Below are positions 1 to 14,944 of a stretch of DNA of 64,000 nt, piece after piece. The stretch lies in the NCBI RefSeq assembly GCF_009914755.1, contig NC_060947.1; one strand, written 5' to 3'. How positions within the stretch are numbered: the stretch's first letter is position 1; each line of letters starts with the position of its first letter. The position numbers and the translations under genes were made by a program. The DNA comes from the human T2T-CHM13v2.0 reference genome, Homo sapiens. The notes under the pieces are model-generated. The model searched no databases and was not told the DNA's origin. It saw only the letters and a list, made by a program, of their open reading frames with translations.

Positions 1-222
1 AATAGAAAGACAGGCACACAAGAGATAGAAACCAAGGCAGAGACAGAGAGAAAGAGACATATACACACAGAGATAAAAGGGAAAGAGACAGAGAGAGGGA
101 AAAGGAAATAAATATAGACAAAGAGACAGGTTGGAGAGTCAAAGACAGAGAGAGACCGAGATATAGGAAGAAATAGAGGCAGAGAGGGAGAGACAGTGAT
201 AGAGAATCAGAGAAAGAAAAGA
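1..222. repeat. GA/GACA-rich low-complexity repeat
   Basis: Degenerate (GAGA/GACA)n purine-rich tract. Confidence 0.85.
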
Positions 223-554
223 GCTCTTAACAAACAATATTTTTAGCAGCAACTCAAAGCCTGTTCTCAACAATGGAAGTTTAATTTACAAACACTTGTC
301 TCATTTTCGCCTCTACATTCACAAACCAACATCTATGGTAAGGATCAAGTAGGTGTGTGTTGTTTGGTTTCAAGAGGATAAACATTTTATACCTTAGAAT
401 TCTGGAACATATTTGCTGGATTACCTACTGTAGAGGGCATTGATTATGTAGTGATGTACCTAATGGATGTCTGAAAACAGATTCTGAGTAAGAGAAAAGA
501 GCAGAAAAGGTTGGACTTAGAATACAAACACTTAAGTTGAAGTCTATATATTCT

Positions 555-720
555 ATCATTTAATGACCTTAGAAAAGTTACCTGTGCCTGAAATTCAATT
601 TTCTCCTCTGGAAAAAAAATTATATACATATATACATATACACACATACACACACACATACTCTAATGTAGTTGTAAGGATTAAATAAGAGCATAAGTCA
701 TAAATGGTGTTTAGGGACAG
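555..720 (+). mobile_element. MIR fragment interrupted by (TA)/(CA) microsatellite
   Basis: MIR-core-like motifs 'aagttacctgtgcctg..ttttctcctctggaaaa' and 'gttgtaaggattaaataaga'; microsatellite at about 620-660. Confidence 0.55.
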
Positions 721-1447
721 TAAGGTAGAGGGTAAGGTGGAGATAATTACTTCTCTAATCTTCCTTTTACATCCTAATAAGCCTCAGCAATGTCTCAGAA
801 AAGGAAAGCTTTGAAAATGTCAGAAATGCCATTTTAAAAAATTATGAAATCATCTATATAAATTTTGAAACATAAATCCCCCTCCTTTTGTGTTTTGCTT
901 GCTTACTTTTATTTTTGCTCTAAGTAGCTGAAGAATTTGGTAAAGATTTCTATAGAGCCACAGGAAATGAAAGAAATAAAGGTACAAGTCCAATCTTCCA
1001 ACACAGTTGTATGGATTATGAGATAATATATGTAAATTGTTTTTTCAATGATTAAGCACCATATGTATTGGTTATTTGTGGACTAATTTTAGACTAATAA
1101 AAGCAAAAACTAATTTTGGCTGAGCTGACAGTACAGTTCATTCAAAAGAGTGAGACTTTTTAAATATAGTATCCCAAATCTTTTACCTCTGATGCCATTA
1201 GCACAATGCAGTTCTTCCATTTCAAGGAAACAAGGCCAAAACTGTGAGTTTTTGAAGATGAGAAAAGGAATTGTGTAAAGCAAGTTTAATTTCTAGGGTT
1301 TTTTTTTTTTCAAAGGACAGTATTAAAAATTCCTCTTGCCAGGAACTAGGACTGCATTAGTCTGTAGTAAGTCAGAAAATATTTTGCTAGTTTTTGCTCA
1401 AGTTTCAGCACTGTAGTTTCCTCTTACTTTGTTTCTACTTCCCATCT

Positions 1448-1885
1448 GTAATGGACGCCAGGATGATCCTCTTCAAGGAAGATCCCTCTTCAAGGAAGGA
1501 GGAGCTGCCTTAGCTGTTGAGACTACTCTAGACAGACAGCCTCCAGCTGTCAGCCTTTTCAGGGTCTGCCTCAGCTGCAGACAGCAGCTGTGCAATGACA
1601 TGCCCTTTCTCTGGGTAGCCTACACCCAATGTCTGATCCATGTGGGAGTATAAAGTCGTGGCCACTTCAGCCCAATTTGGGAAAATTTCTGCAGCACCTT
1701 CCTTGCTTTAGCACTTTCCACAGGATCAATACAGGCTCTCGCTGAGCCTGTATCACAGCTTGACTTCTCCCTCTGCCCAATCTTGCCTCCTTCCCCCACC
1801 TTCCACGGGGTTTGAATCTGAGGATACTCCTGAATGAATACCTTTGCATGCTCAACTTTGTCTCAGAGTCCCATTCCCAGTGAAC
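1448..1885 (+). mobile_element. ERVL LTR, LTR16C-like
   Basis: 'cagcctccagctgtcagcc..agggtctgcctcagctgcaga' resembles the recalled LTR16 consensus; polyA-signal-like 'aatgaata' near the end. Confidence 0.55.
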
Positions 1886-2134
1886 CAACCAGCAATGCTT
1901 TCTCATTCTACTTCTATTTTGTTGCATCACACTGTGTATCATGGCTTCATGAAGTGACAGGTCAGTAAGAGCTGATACCAATCCTAGGTGGTTGTTGATA
2001 GGCTGAGAGAGGACCCTATCAGAATTGCCCAGTCCTAGTATGTCCATAGGGCATCTGATATCTAATGTGTAATGATAAACTTGGTAGCTGCAAGGGACTG
2101 TTGGATAAGTGAAAAAAAAAAAAAGAATAGTGAC

Positions 2135-2330
2135 AGAGTACTTATGACAGGCATTGTACTAGACACTTTTACAGTTAGTCTCTCATTTAATCCTCATTAA
2201 GAATAGCGTCATAGGTTATGTTCTCCCCATTTTACAAATAAGGGAGCTGAGGCTGAATGTGTGTAAGGGACTCACTGAAGGTCAATAAACCACAACTCAA
2301 GACCAGATCATCTAACTCTGATTAGGAAAC
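2135..2330 (-). mobile_element. MIR
   Basis: 'tctcatttaatcctca..ccccattttacaaataagggagctgaggct' is the MIR core in reverse. Confidence 0.75.
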
Positions 2331-2870
2331 TAAACTTTGGTTTACATGTCATCTGAATCCAAAGCCTAAAGGTACTTTCCTCCCCTTTATTAGATAGGAA
2401 TTGAGCTTGACTGAATACTTTTTTAAATCCAGTAACAATGATATAAACAAGATACAGTTTATGTCTCTCAATATGGAAGCCCTAATTTAAGTGGTAGCTG
2501 ACATTGGTTCAGGAGCTGAAGGATGTTAGAGCTGAGGTTTCAAAATCTGTTGGGTTTTTCCTCATGTCCCTTTCTAGCATTAAAAATACTTTTCAGGGAA
2601 GAAGAAGAGCGAGGCTAAAGGGTAGAAGGAGATGTATCCGCTCACTTAGCCCTTTTGAAAGACAGTGACTTCTGCTTATATCACATTGATCAGAGCTGTG
2701 TCACATGGCACCCCTGACTGTCATGGAGTCTGGAAAATATATTTTTTAATCCAGTCCTCTGTTGACAGTCTAAACAAATGGGAGTTCAGTTTGGAAGGAA
2801 GAAGAAGAGAATGGCTATTGACTAAGAGGCAACTAACTCTCACACCTGAAGATTCATCTCAGGGATTTCT

Positions 2871-3176
<306 letters not shown>

Positions 3177-3214
3177 CATCTCAGGGATTTCTAAAAGTTT
3201 TGCAAGTAGTCAGA

Positions 3215-3625
3215 TCGAGTTCTTGGGAAATGCACTCAAAGACAAAGATTTGTGTGCAGGAGGTTTTAGGGGAGTGCTCTTATGAACAGCACATCCAACA
3301 GAGTATGGGAGAAACTGAACTATGATATAGTTGCAACCAAGACCCATCAGTTTTGTGGAAGGCTTTAAAGCTGGGGTCGCCCTTCAGACATGTCCCAAGT
3401 TGTGTCAAGGAGGTTGGCCTTGTATCCTGCATCATCTAGGCAGGCATTCAATGCTGGGTGCACCTGGGAAAAGAATGTGACTTTCAGAGGGGCAGCCATT
3501 CAGCCAAGGGCAATTCCTGGAGATGGACTCAGCTCTAAACTGGCAGGAACCAACAATCCTGGGAAATAAGTGCCTTAGACCTAAAGAGGAAATTTGGATG
3601 GCATATCTCAGCATTCACAACACCA
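3215..3625 (-). mobile_element. Old ERVL-class LTR fragment (subfamily uncertain)
   Basis: Motifs such as 'ggcagccattcagccaagggcaattcctgg' resemble degenerate ERVL LTRs. Confidence 0.35.
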
Positions 3626-4683
3626 GGCTAATAATAAGTTGAACCTCACAGGGTGAAGTGTAGATTCTTCATGCAGATCTTACAGAATGTGTTAGACATA
3701 GTAGCAAGGGAGACACAAAATGAGAGCAAAGCATTCCCAGATATACTACTTTTGATGCAAATGCTACAGCATTACCTTGTGCAAAACCCCAAATACTAAT
3801 GATTATTGTTATCTTAAATAACCATGTATTAATAGTTCCAACAAAAACAGGGCTCTTGTGAATGTCTGCTATTTGTTCATCAATTGGTGACTTCCCAGGA
3901 AGGAAAACAAGTGTTTAATCTCACCAGCATTTTCAGGATCTTAGCCTACAAAATTGTCGATATAGAGAAATGCATTTGGATAATAGCATTGCAATTTATG
4001 AAGATAGTATTTTAGAGATGCAACTAACCCTTAAGAGGATTTTGTACAAATGAGAAAAAGTCACCCTCTTTGGGCAGATACAGCCTTGAGCCAAGGTGAT
4101 CAGCTTGGTAAATTCAGGCTTTGTTAACCTGGATATCTTTCTCCAACACTTTACAATCATACATGAGTGTGACACAAATTTTCCATACTTCTGATTAAAA
4201 TTGATTCTAAAAACTGTATTGGCTAGTTATGAACAAGGGTATTCTATTATATTCCACAAATGAAGTGGTTCAGATTGTTTAAATAGCTTACCTTAGGCCA
4301 TATTGCCAGTAATTGTCAGAGTCTAGATACAAACTTTAAAATTTTGATGTCAATTCCAGTGCCTTTTCCAGGAAACTATGTTGCCCTTGTGGACCAGATA
4401 CCAACCACAGCAAAATTGTGTAAAACAGTGATTAAAATAAGGGCTGTGCAAGATAGGACAAAAGGAAAACATGCACCTATATGAAACATAATAAGATAAC
4501 TAGCTTTGTGTGCTAAAACTGCCAACAAATTGTAGAACTAATATACTGTGTAAGAATGGATGCCGTTATAGAGAAATATTTTAAAATCTCAAAAACTGAG
4601 TTATTCTATACTCGCCTTTAAAATGTGGGTGGGTGTGTGTGTGTGCCCCAATTGTTCTACTGTTCTAAAAAAGATTGAACATT

Positions 4684-5025
<342 letters not shown>

Positions 5026-5053
5026 CTAGAAAACACAATACATTGACAATAGA

Positions 5054-5335
5054 GGCCAGGCACTGTGGCTCATGCCTGTAATCCCAACTCTTTGCAAGGC
5101 TGAGGAGAGAGGATTACTTGAGGCCAGGAGTTCAAGACCAGCCTAGGCAACACAGCAAGAGCCTGTCTTTACAAAAAATAGCTGAGTGTGGTGGTCTGTA
5201 CCTACAGTCCCAGCCACCCAGGAGGCTTGGGCAGGAGAATCGCTTGAGTCCAGGAGTTCTAGGTTGCAGTGAGGTATGATTATACCACTGCACTTCACCC
5301 TGGGCAACACAGAGAGAGACCCTGTCAGAAAGAAT
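5054..5335 (+). mobile_element. AluJ-like element followed by (GGAGA)n
   Basis: 'ggattacttgaggccaggagttcaagaccagcc' J-type motif; purine repeat at 5336-5405. Confidence 0.9.
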
Positions 5336-5630
5336 GAGAGGGAGGAGAGGGGAGGGGAGGAGAGAGGAGAGGAGAGGAAAAGAAACATAAAAGAAAGAAA
5401 AAAAGGATGTTTTTAATGATGGACAAGAAATTTGCCTCTAAGCTTTCTAGCAGTAGAAGAAAGAAGGGAAACTTGGTCCTTTATATAATTACCAGTGTCA
5501 AACAGATTTAAAAGGCCAGTTTATCATGAATAATACTCTTAAAGTTCTTCAAAAGTAGAACACTTATGTAATAAGCTACATCATCCTCAAAGATGAAACT
5601 ACAACTTACAAATTGCTTATTAAATTAGTC

Positions 5631-5840
5631 TTTTTTAACTTTTAAGTTCCAGGGTACATGTGTAGGTTTATTACACAGGTAAACTTGTGTCATGGAGTTT
5701 GTTTTACCAATTATTTCATCACCTAGGTATTAATCCTGGGACCTGTTAGTTATTTTTCCTGATCCTCTCCCTCCTCCCACCCTCTACCTTCTGATAGTCT
5801 CCAGTTTGTGTTGTTTCCCTCTATGTGTCCATGTGTTCTT
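5631..5840 (-). mobile_element. L1 3'-end fragment (old L1PA/L1PB)
   Basis: 'ttttaagttccagggtacatgtg..tcctctccctcctcccaccctc..ctatgtgtccatgtgttct' is a reversed L1P 3' UTR. Confidence 0.85.
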
Positions 5841-6456
5841 AAAACCTTTATTATTTTTATCAGGTTGCAAAGGGAATGTGTTCATAATAAAAAATTTCTA
5901 AAATCTATAAAAGCTCGAGAATAAAAAACTATCCACCATGGAGAGATAACCACTTTTAATACCACAGTATATACTATACCTATATATATGCTGTGTGTGT
6001 ATATGCTTATGTATTACAAAATTATGTTGATGTGTTACAAAACTATATTTTGTTTGTAATATTCATATATATATTTTATAATATAAATTGCAATATATAG
6101 TATTACTAAATTGGACTCATACATTGGTCATTTATTTATATGCTTTGCATATTTCCTCATTCTGTATATGCATTTATATGTGAAATATGCAGTCATTGGA
6201 AATTGTTATAATTTATTTTTCTAAACTTATATGACAGGATATATATGTATGTATGTATATATATATTTCTCTTATAAACAAAAATGTAAATAATAATTCA
6301 TTTTTGTTGAATTCTGATTATTTCCATATAATCAATTGCTCAAAAAAGAATAAGCTAGGCAACAAGGCATAAACTTTTTATAATTTATATTTACATTCAT
6401 AATCTGCACTCTGGAACAGTAGAACATTTTACACTTTTTAAAAATGTATGAGAAAT

Positions 6457-9412
6457 CGAGAAAGTAAGGAAAAAATGTGGATAGGAGGCAGGACTAAATT
6501 GCAGCTCCCACTTGGACGGAGAGAGCAGCATGTGGAGACTCGCATCATGAACTTTTGCTCCAACAACTACTGCAGCAATATACCAGGAAAGCCAAAAGAA
6601 TCCACAGACCCTTTGAAGGAAGCAGATTGTTCCTGCAGGACACAGGAGACAGCCCAAATACTGTGAGTGCCCAAACTGTGAAAGTGGGGAAGGGGGACCA
6701 TCCGCCCCGGAACACACACCCTCACTGGAGAATCTGAAGGTCTAGATCACAGGAGAAGGATTCAACTTTAACTGGAGCTGAGTCAATTTAGAGAGCTGAG
6801 TGAAATACAGGGGTAGAGGAAGCAGCAGGAAAAGCCCTGTGGGCTCTCTGGGTCCCCAAGGAAGCCATTTCTGATTTGTCTCACAGGGGTCCTTGGGGAG
6901 AGCCACAAGAGGAACTGGGAAAAGACCACAGGGAGAAGAAAACCTCCAGCTGAACTTTATAACAATTCCAACTGAACACAAAATTTCCTGGCTAGAACTC
7001 AGGAGGGCGTAAATCTGGTGTGCAGACTTGACAGGCAGGGAAGTGCAAAAGCCCTGTTTGCTTTCTCAGCCAGGAGGCTGGTAGCCTGGGGCAAGTGCTC
7101 AGCCCTGCTCGCCCACTGCCTTTTCTTTCTCAGCCAGGAGGTTGGTAGCCTGGGGCAAGTGCTCAGCCCTGCTCGCCCTCTGCCTGGAAACAAACTCGGT
7201 GCTATTGAGGGCGCACAGTGGGAGTGAGACTGGCCTTTTGGGTTGCGTGGGATCTGGGCAAGGCCTATAACTACCATCTTTCCCCCACTTCCCTGACAAC
7301 CTGCATGGCACAGCAGAGGCAGTCACAATCTTCCTGGGGTAACTCCATTGACCTGAACCACACCTCAATCCCGCATGGCATCGCAGCAAGACCCACCCAA
7401 GGAGAGCCTGAGCTCAGACATGCCCAGCCTTGCCCCCACCTGATGGTCCTTCCCTACCCTCCCTGGCCACTCAAGACAAAGGACATATTCTCTTAGCAGT
7501 TCTAGGGCCCACCTACCACCTGATCCTCACCTATACTACCACAGCTGTTGCTTTCTTGAAAGTGCCACCTCCTAAAAGGAGGCCAACCAGCACAAAACTA
7601 GTGCATTAAACAACTACAACTAAGGACCCTTACAGAGTCCATTTCACTCTCCTGCCACCTCCACCAGAGCAGGTGCTGGTATCCATGGCTGAGAGACCTG
7701 AAGATGAGAAGGAACCAAAAAAACAATTCTAGTAATATGACAAAACAGCATTCTTCAACACCCCCAGAAAAATCACACTAGCTCACCTGCAATGGATCCA
7801 AACCAAGGAGAAATCTATGAATTGCCAGAAAAAGAATTCAGAAGGTCAATTGTTAAGCTAATCAAGGAGGCACCAGAGAATGGTGAAATCCAACTTAAGG
7901 AAATGAAAAAAATGATACAAGATATGAGGGGAGAAATCTTCAGTGAAATAGATAGCATAAATAATAATCACAACTTCAGGAAATAAAGGACACACTTAGA
8001 GAAGTGCAAAATGTACTGGAAAGTCAGCAATAAAATTAAAAAAAAAAGAAGAAAACTTCAGAGCTCGAAGACAAGGTTTTCAAAATAACCCAATCCAACA
8101 AAGACAAAGAAAAATAATTTAAAAAAATGAACAAAGTCTCCAAGACGTTTGGTATGAGGTTAAATGACCAAACCTAAGAATAATAGGCATTCCTGAGAAA
8201 GAAATCTAAAAGTTTTGAAAATATATTTGCAGGAATAACTGAGGAAAACTTTCCCCGGCCTTGCTAGAGATCTAGACATCCAAATACAAAAAGCTCAAAG
8301 AACGCCTGGGAAATTCATCACAAAATTATCATCACCTAGGCACATAGTCATCAGGTGATCTAAAGTCAAGATGAAGGAAAGAATCTTAAGAGATGTAAGG
8401 CAAAAACATCAGGTAACCTGTAAAGGGAAACCTATCAGATTAACAGCAGATTTCTCAGCAGAAACCCTATAAGCTAGAAGAGATTTGGGGCCCTATCTTC
8501 AGCCTCCTTAAACAAAACAATTATCAGCCAAGAATTTTGTATCCAGTGAAACTAAGCTTCATAAATGAAAGAAAGATATAGTCTTTTTCAGACAAATACT
8601 GGGAGAATTCACCACTACCAAGCCAGAACTACAAGACCTGCTAAAAGGGGCTCTAAATCTTGAAACAAATCCTGAAAACACATCGAAACAGAACCTCTTT
8701 AAAGCATGATTCTCACAGGACCTATAAAACAAAAATATAATAAGTAAATTGAAAAAAAAAAGGTATTCAGGCAACAAGTAGCACTATGAAAAACAGTGTG
8801 GTGATTCCTTAAAGAACTAAAATTAGAACTACCATTTGATCCAGCAATCCCACTACTGGGTACCTATCCAGAGGAAAATAAGTCATTATATGAAAAAGAT
8901 ACTTGCACACGCATGTTCATAGTAGCACAATTTGCAATTGCAAATATATGGAACCAGCCCAAATGCCCATCAATCAATGAGTGGATAAAGAAATTGTGTG
9001 TGTGTGTGTGTGTGTGTGTGCATATATATGTGTATATATATATATATATGATGGAATACTACTCAGCCATAAAAAGGAATGAATTAATGGCATTCACAGA
9101 AACCTGGAAGGAACTGGAGACTATTATTCTAAGTGAAGTAACTCAGGAATGGAAAACGAAACATCATATATTCTCACTTATAAGTGGGAGCTAAGCTATG
9201 AGGATACAAAAGCATTAGAATGATACAGTGGACTTTGGGGACTCAGGAGAAAGGGTGGGAGTGGGGTGGGCGATAAAGGACTATAAATTGCATTCAGTGC
9301 CTACTGCTCAGGTGATGGGTGCACCAAAATCTCACAAATCACCACTAAAGAACTTACTCATATAACCAAATATCACCTGTTCCCCAAAAACCTACAGAAA
9401 TAAATTTTTTTT
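6457..9412 (+). mobile_element. L1PB-like LINE-1 with 5' UTR, decayed ORF1 and 3' end; nearly all of ORF2 deleted
   Basis: L1PB-type 5' UTR; ORF1 remnant 7792-7986 (ELPEKEFRRSIVKLIKE); ORF2 C-terminus 8913-9194 (WNQPKCPSINEWIKK..ILSEVTQEWK); 16-bp TSD aaaatgtatgagaaat at 6441-6456 and 9413-9428. Confidence 0.9.
8996..9050. repeat. (TG)n(TA)n microsatellite inside the L1 3' region
   Basis: Directly visible dinucleotide runs. Confidence 0.95.
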
Positions 9413-9429
9413 AAAATGTATGAGAAATG

Positions 9430-10400
<971 letters not shown>

Positions 10401-10673
10401 GGGAGGTCCCAAGTCATTCACTTCTGGTTGAACTTGAGGTTATAGAGCTCTTCAGTACTAATGAATCCACACTAAAGATCAGAAGAGAAGTGCTATTTGA
10501 GGATCCAACACCCAGCAGATCAATCCTCAGATCTTGCTTATGTAGCAAGATCAAAAAGAGATTCCAAAACCATGGAGAGAACATATAATTTTTACAGTCT
10601 TCAAGGGATTCCCCACAAACGTTGTTTTTCTTAGCTGTACTTTTGTTATATAGTAAGAAGCAATTAAATAAGA

Positions 10674-11032
10674 TGCTATAGATTGAATGTCTGTGTCCTC
10701 TCAAAATTCATGTCAAAATTCTAACCCCTAAGGTGATAGTATTAGGAGGTGGGACCTTTGGGAGGTGATTAAGTACTGAGGGTGGAGCCCTCATGAATGA
10801 GATTAGTGCCCTTATGAAAGAGAGCCAGAAAGCTCCCTTGCCCCTTGTGCCATGTGAGGACACAGCAAGATGATCCTCTACAAACCAGGAAACAGGCGAT
10901 AACCAGACACTGAATCTGCCAGTGCCATGATCTTGGACTTAGCATCCAGAACTGTGAGAAAGAAATTTATGTTGTTTATAAGCCACCCAGTCTATCATAG
11001 TTTGTTATAGCAGCCTAAACAAACTGCAACAC
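10674..11032 (+). mobile_element. MaLR solo LTR (MLT1A/MST-like)
   Basis: Begins tgctatagattgaatgtctgtgtcc; contains 'agaactgtgagaaagaaatt..ttgtttataagccacccagtct'. Confidence 0.85.
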
Positions 11033-11129
11033 AAAATTACCCTCACTATTGGGTACTCGCTGTGTAGACATTCCATGGGGTCAGTTATAAACCTTATCAG
11101 ACATATGAAATAGGAAAAAGGTTCACCCC

Positions 11130-12145
11130 CTTTGTCATGCTGCCCTCCCTTTTTGCTCTCCAGCCTCCCTGGCTTTTTGTTTCCTCCTAATCATCTGACT
11201 GGTCCACTGCCAGTGTGTCTTTGGACTTGCTATTCCCTCAACCAGAGAGGCATTTCCCACACCTCTTTAACACTACTCCTTTAGATCTCAGTTCAAATGT
11301 CACTTCCTGGAGAAGCATTCTTCTATTTCCCTCACTAGGTCAAATCTCCTTTTATACGTGCTCTTGTAGTACTTCTACATCCTCACTTGCCAAAGTTGAA
11401 ATTTTCATTTGTGAAATTATTTGATTAATTACTGCTTCTCCCACTAGACTGTAAATTCCTTGAGAGTAAAGACTAGATTTATTTTGTTTATTATGAAGGG
11501 TACCAGCATATGCCACCCCAAAATATACTTCTTTGGCATATAGATTATTTTGAGCTAAAGGCCATTGAGAACCTGCAGATACAGACCAAGCTCTGAAAAC
11601 ATGGCACAAGTTTTTCTCTTATAAAGAAAATTTACATTTATAAAGCAAATTTTTGTTTGTAGACATGTTTCCCTCTCCCATACCAAAAAAAAAAAAAAAA
11701 AAAAAAAAGACTCTTAACAACTGTTGTCCATGTTGAAAACATCAATTTAAGGCTTAAATCTACACAACAACCTTATTAAACAACCCTTGTTAACTATACT
11801 GTTCTTCGTCGCCTTTCCATAACTTGCATCCCCCATCCATCCAAAAGAAAACCTCCCTTTCCTTTTTTCTTAGCCTAAGATGATCTAGAAACCCAAGTTA
11901 TAACCACCTCTTGAGTTACTCCTCTGGGTACTCCCATATGTACGTGTCATACACATGCTAATAAATTTCTGTTTTTTTTTTTCTTGTTAATCTGCTTTTG
12001 GTCAGTCTTATTTTCAGGGGCCCATCTGGAGAACCAAAGATGAGTCGAGGAAGAAGTTTTCTTCTTCCCCTCTAATTATTATAATCCCCACCCTGGAACT
12101 GTGTCTTGTACCTAGTAGGTGCTCAGATTATTTGTTCAATGGATT
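11130..12145 (+). mobile_element. L2 3' fragment split by a MER34-like LTR
   Basis: 'tcagttcaaatgtcacttcct', 'cccactagactgtaaattccttgag' and, after the LTR, 'gtacctagtaggtgctcag'. Confidence 0.65.
11494..12073 (+). mobile_element. ERV1 LTR, MER34-like
   Basis: Starts tgaagggtaccagcatatgccaccccaaaatatac..ttattttgagctaaaggc; AATAAA near 11960; internal A-tract at 11685-11708. Confidence 0.75.
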
Positions 12146-12529
12146 AAGGCATCCTCTTCCACTAATGGACATATCACCTAAGGACAGTGCACTACACCTT
12201 TAGAGCATAGTTTTAATTGATATTTAATAGGTGCAAAGGCTTTCACAAGCACATTTAATCACCAAAAAATCTCTGTCAGGTATTATTTACCTAATTAAAA
12301 AAAAAGATACTGAGGCTCAAAATGAGTGAATAACTTTCTTGGTCCATTTATGCCTCACAGGTCTCCATTCATAAGCCCAATCTTCCTCTCACAACTGCTT
12401 TGCAGCTAGTAAGGGATCAATCTTAGACTAATATATAATTTGTTTCTTCACTTTCAACCATGAGAATGGCCTTTTGCTTTATATAGCTTTGCTGAAAGCA
12501 AAAGTTAGAATCTGAACCACCTACTGGAT

Positions 12530-13103
12530 TATAGGATGGGAAAAATTATTTTTCCTATTACCCTCCTAGATTCTCTCACTGGGGCCCTTTAAATTGGACT
12601 GATGAAAAACAGATTAAGAAGAGAAAAACAAATACAAGTTTATTAACATGTACATCGCAAATGTAACACATGGGAGTACCCAGAAATGAGAAACTCAAAG
12701 GTTTGGTTAGAACTTATGTTTATATAGCATCAAGCAAGAATACATTTTCAGAGAAGTGACAAGACAAAGGAAAAGAAACCTGAGTCTTTAGGGGTGGCAA
12801 ATTGTAGGAAGGCAAATATATGAGAAACTAATAATAGATAAATACTAGTTAGTAAAGTTTGTTATATAGCTTCCTCTGGCGCCTTCCCCAGGCTGGTATC
12901 AGTCTAAAGTTGTCCATGGTGATTAACTTTTTTCCTTCCTGATAGGAGGGAGGAGGGACATCTTTGTAAATTTATGTACTGCTGTTAGACAAATTGGGAG
13001 GGCAGAGAGCATTTCTTGTATCTACTTCATCTCCATTGCCTTCAGCTTGAGATTATCATTATACAAAGTAGCATATTTTAGGGTAACATCATCTATCACC
13101 CTA
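12530..13103 (-). mobile_element. ERV1 MER4-group LTR (MER31/MER67-like)
   Basis: Ends 'caaagtagcatattttagggtaacat', the reverse of the MER4-group 'atgccaccccaaaatatg' start motif. Confidence 0.6.
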
Positions 13104-13653
13104 AGGGTAAATAAGAGATTGATTGCTTTTAAATAAAAGGATCAACTATCAGAACAGAGAGGCTACATGTACCATGAACAAATGTCCCAGCCATGATAGG
13201 TCATATATGTAAAGGTTCTCTCTTCTACTTCTGTTGTGTAGTTACATCATCTGAAGCACAGGCCCAAAGTGGTGCTCAGAGGCCATGCCTCATTGTTGAA
13301 GTGACACAGGATCTGTCATTCATATCCACAGCAATTTCAAAGAGAAACCTTGTTTCAGTTTGATCTGTGGTTTCAACGCCAGGGAAAACTCCTACCCAGA
13401 AAGGTCTTATATTAGTCATCTATTGCTACATAACAAATTACTCCAAAATTTAGCAGTTCAGAACAATCAACAGTTATTGTGGGTCAGGAATCCAGAAACA
13501 GTTTGACTGAGTAGTTGTGGCTCAGGGTCTCTAATGGGGTTGCAGTCATCTTAAGGCTGGAGAATTTAATTCTAAGCTCACTTATATGGTTTTTGGCAAG
13601 ACTTAGTTCCTCACTGACCATTGGCTAGAGACCTCGGTGCCTTGCTACATGGG

Positions 13654-14726
13654 TGATAGGGTTTGGATCTATGTCCCTACCCAGATCTCATGTTGAATTA
13701 TAATCCCCAATGCTGGAGGTGGAGACTGTAGGGATGTGATTGGATCACGGGGGCAGTTTCTCATGAGTGGTTTAGCACTATCCTCTTGGTACTGTCCAAG
13801 TGATAGTGAGTTATCCTGACACTTGGGGGTTTAAAGGTGTGTGATACCTCCTTCCACTTTCTCTTGCTCCTGCTCTTGTTAACAGTGGAAGGTATCCAAG
13901 TTACCAGTGGCAAATCTGTACAGGTCTGCAGCAACTTCAATTCTTGCCTCCCTAGAAGAAAGAATTTTACTAAGAGGCATAAGGTAGAAAAAGAGACCAA
14001 GGCAAATTTCAGAGCAGGAGTGGAAGTTTACTTAAAAAGGAAAGGAAAGTATGCTTGGAAGAGACCCAAGTGGGCAACTTGAAGAACAAGTGCAGTGTTT
14101 AACCTTGATCCTAGGACTTTATACGCTGGCCCCTTTCCCATGATTGTTCCTTAGTGTGGGCTGCCCGCATGCTCGGTGCCCTCCATACTCTTGGGAAGTG
14201 GGCATGCACAGTGTGTTTAGAAAGTTGTACACATGCCCATCTGAGGCTTTCTTCCCTTTTCCAGTGGAGTGCCCTCAGAAGGTCATACTCTGCCATTTTG
14301 TCTCTTAATGCACATGCCTGGGAAGTTGCATATTCCTGGCACCTGCATTCAATTAACCCTTTAGTGCAACAGGTGTGGACCATCAGAAAATGGCCTCTTC
14401 CTGGCACCAGCTGCCAATTTATCATTTTCAGAGAGGCAATGTGATAACTGCCAGACCATCAACTGATATTCCCAGTGGGTGGGGGAAGAGCCCTCTCCTG
14501 ACCGGCTCATGCTTATCTAACTACTTGTAACACTCTCGCTTTGTGATTTGCAAGCTCCCCCTTCGCCTTCCACCATGATTGGAAGCTTCCAAAGGCCTCC
14601 CCAGAAGCAGATGCCACTATGCTTCCTGTACAGCCTACAGAACTATGAGCCAATTAAACCTCTTTTCTTTATCAATTACTCAGTCTCAGGTATTTCTTTA
14701 TAGCAATGTGAGAATGGACTAATACA
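13654..14726 (+). mobile_element. MSTA/MSTB-like MaLR LTR (split by MER50)
   Basis: tgatagggtttggatc...ggactaataca termini; perfect 5-bp TSD atggg at 13649-13653 and 14727-14731. Confidence 0.9.
13877..14532 (-). mobile_element. ERV1 solo LTR, MER50-like
   Basis: tgtta..tgtaaca termini; 4-bp TSD ctct at 13873-13876 and 14533-14536; body matches recalled MER50. Confidence 0.85.
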
Positions 14727-14944
14727 ATGGGCATCTCCATACACTGCTTGTCCTCACATGACCACTGGCTTCCTTAAGAGCAAGTGTTCCAAAAGAGGGA
14801 GAGAAAAAGCCCAAGAAGGAAGCCATAGTCTTTTAAAACCTCATCTCTGAAGTGACGTACCAACACTTCTGCTGTATTCTATTTGTTATACTGAATAAAT
14901 GTTATACAGTTTTGGAGGGAACTATACAAGGTTGTGAATACCAG

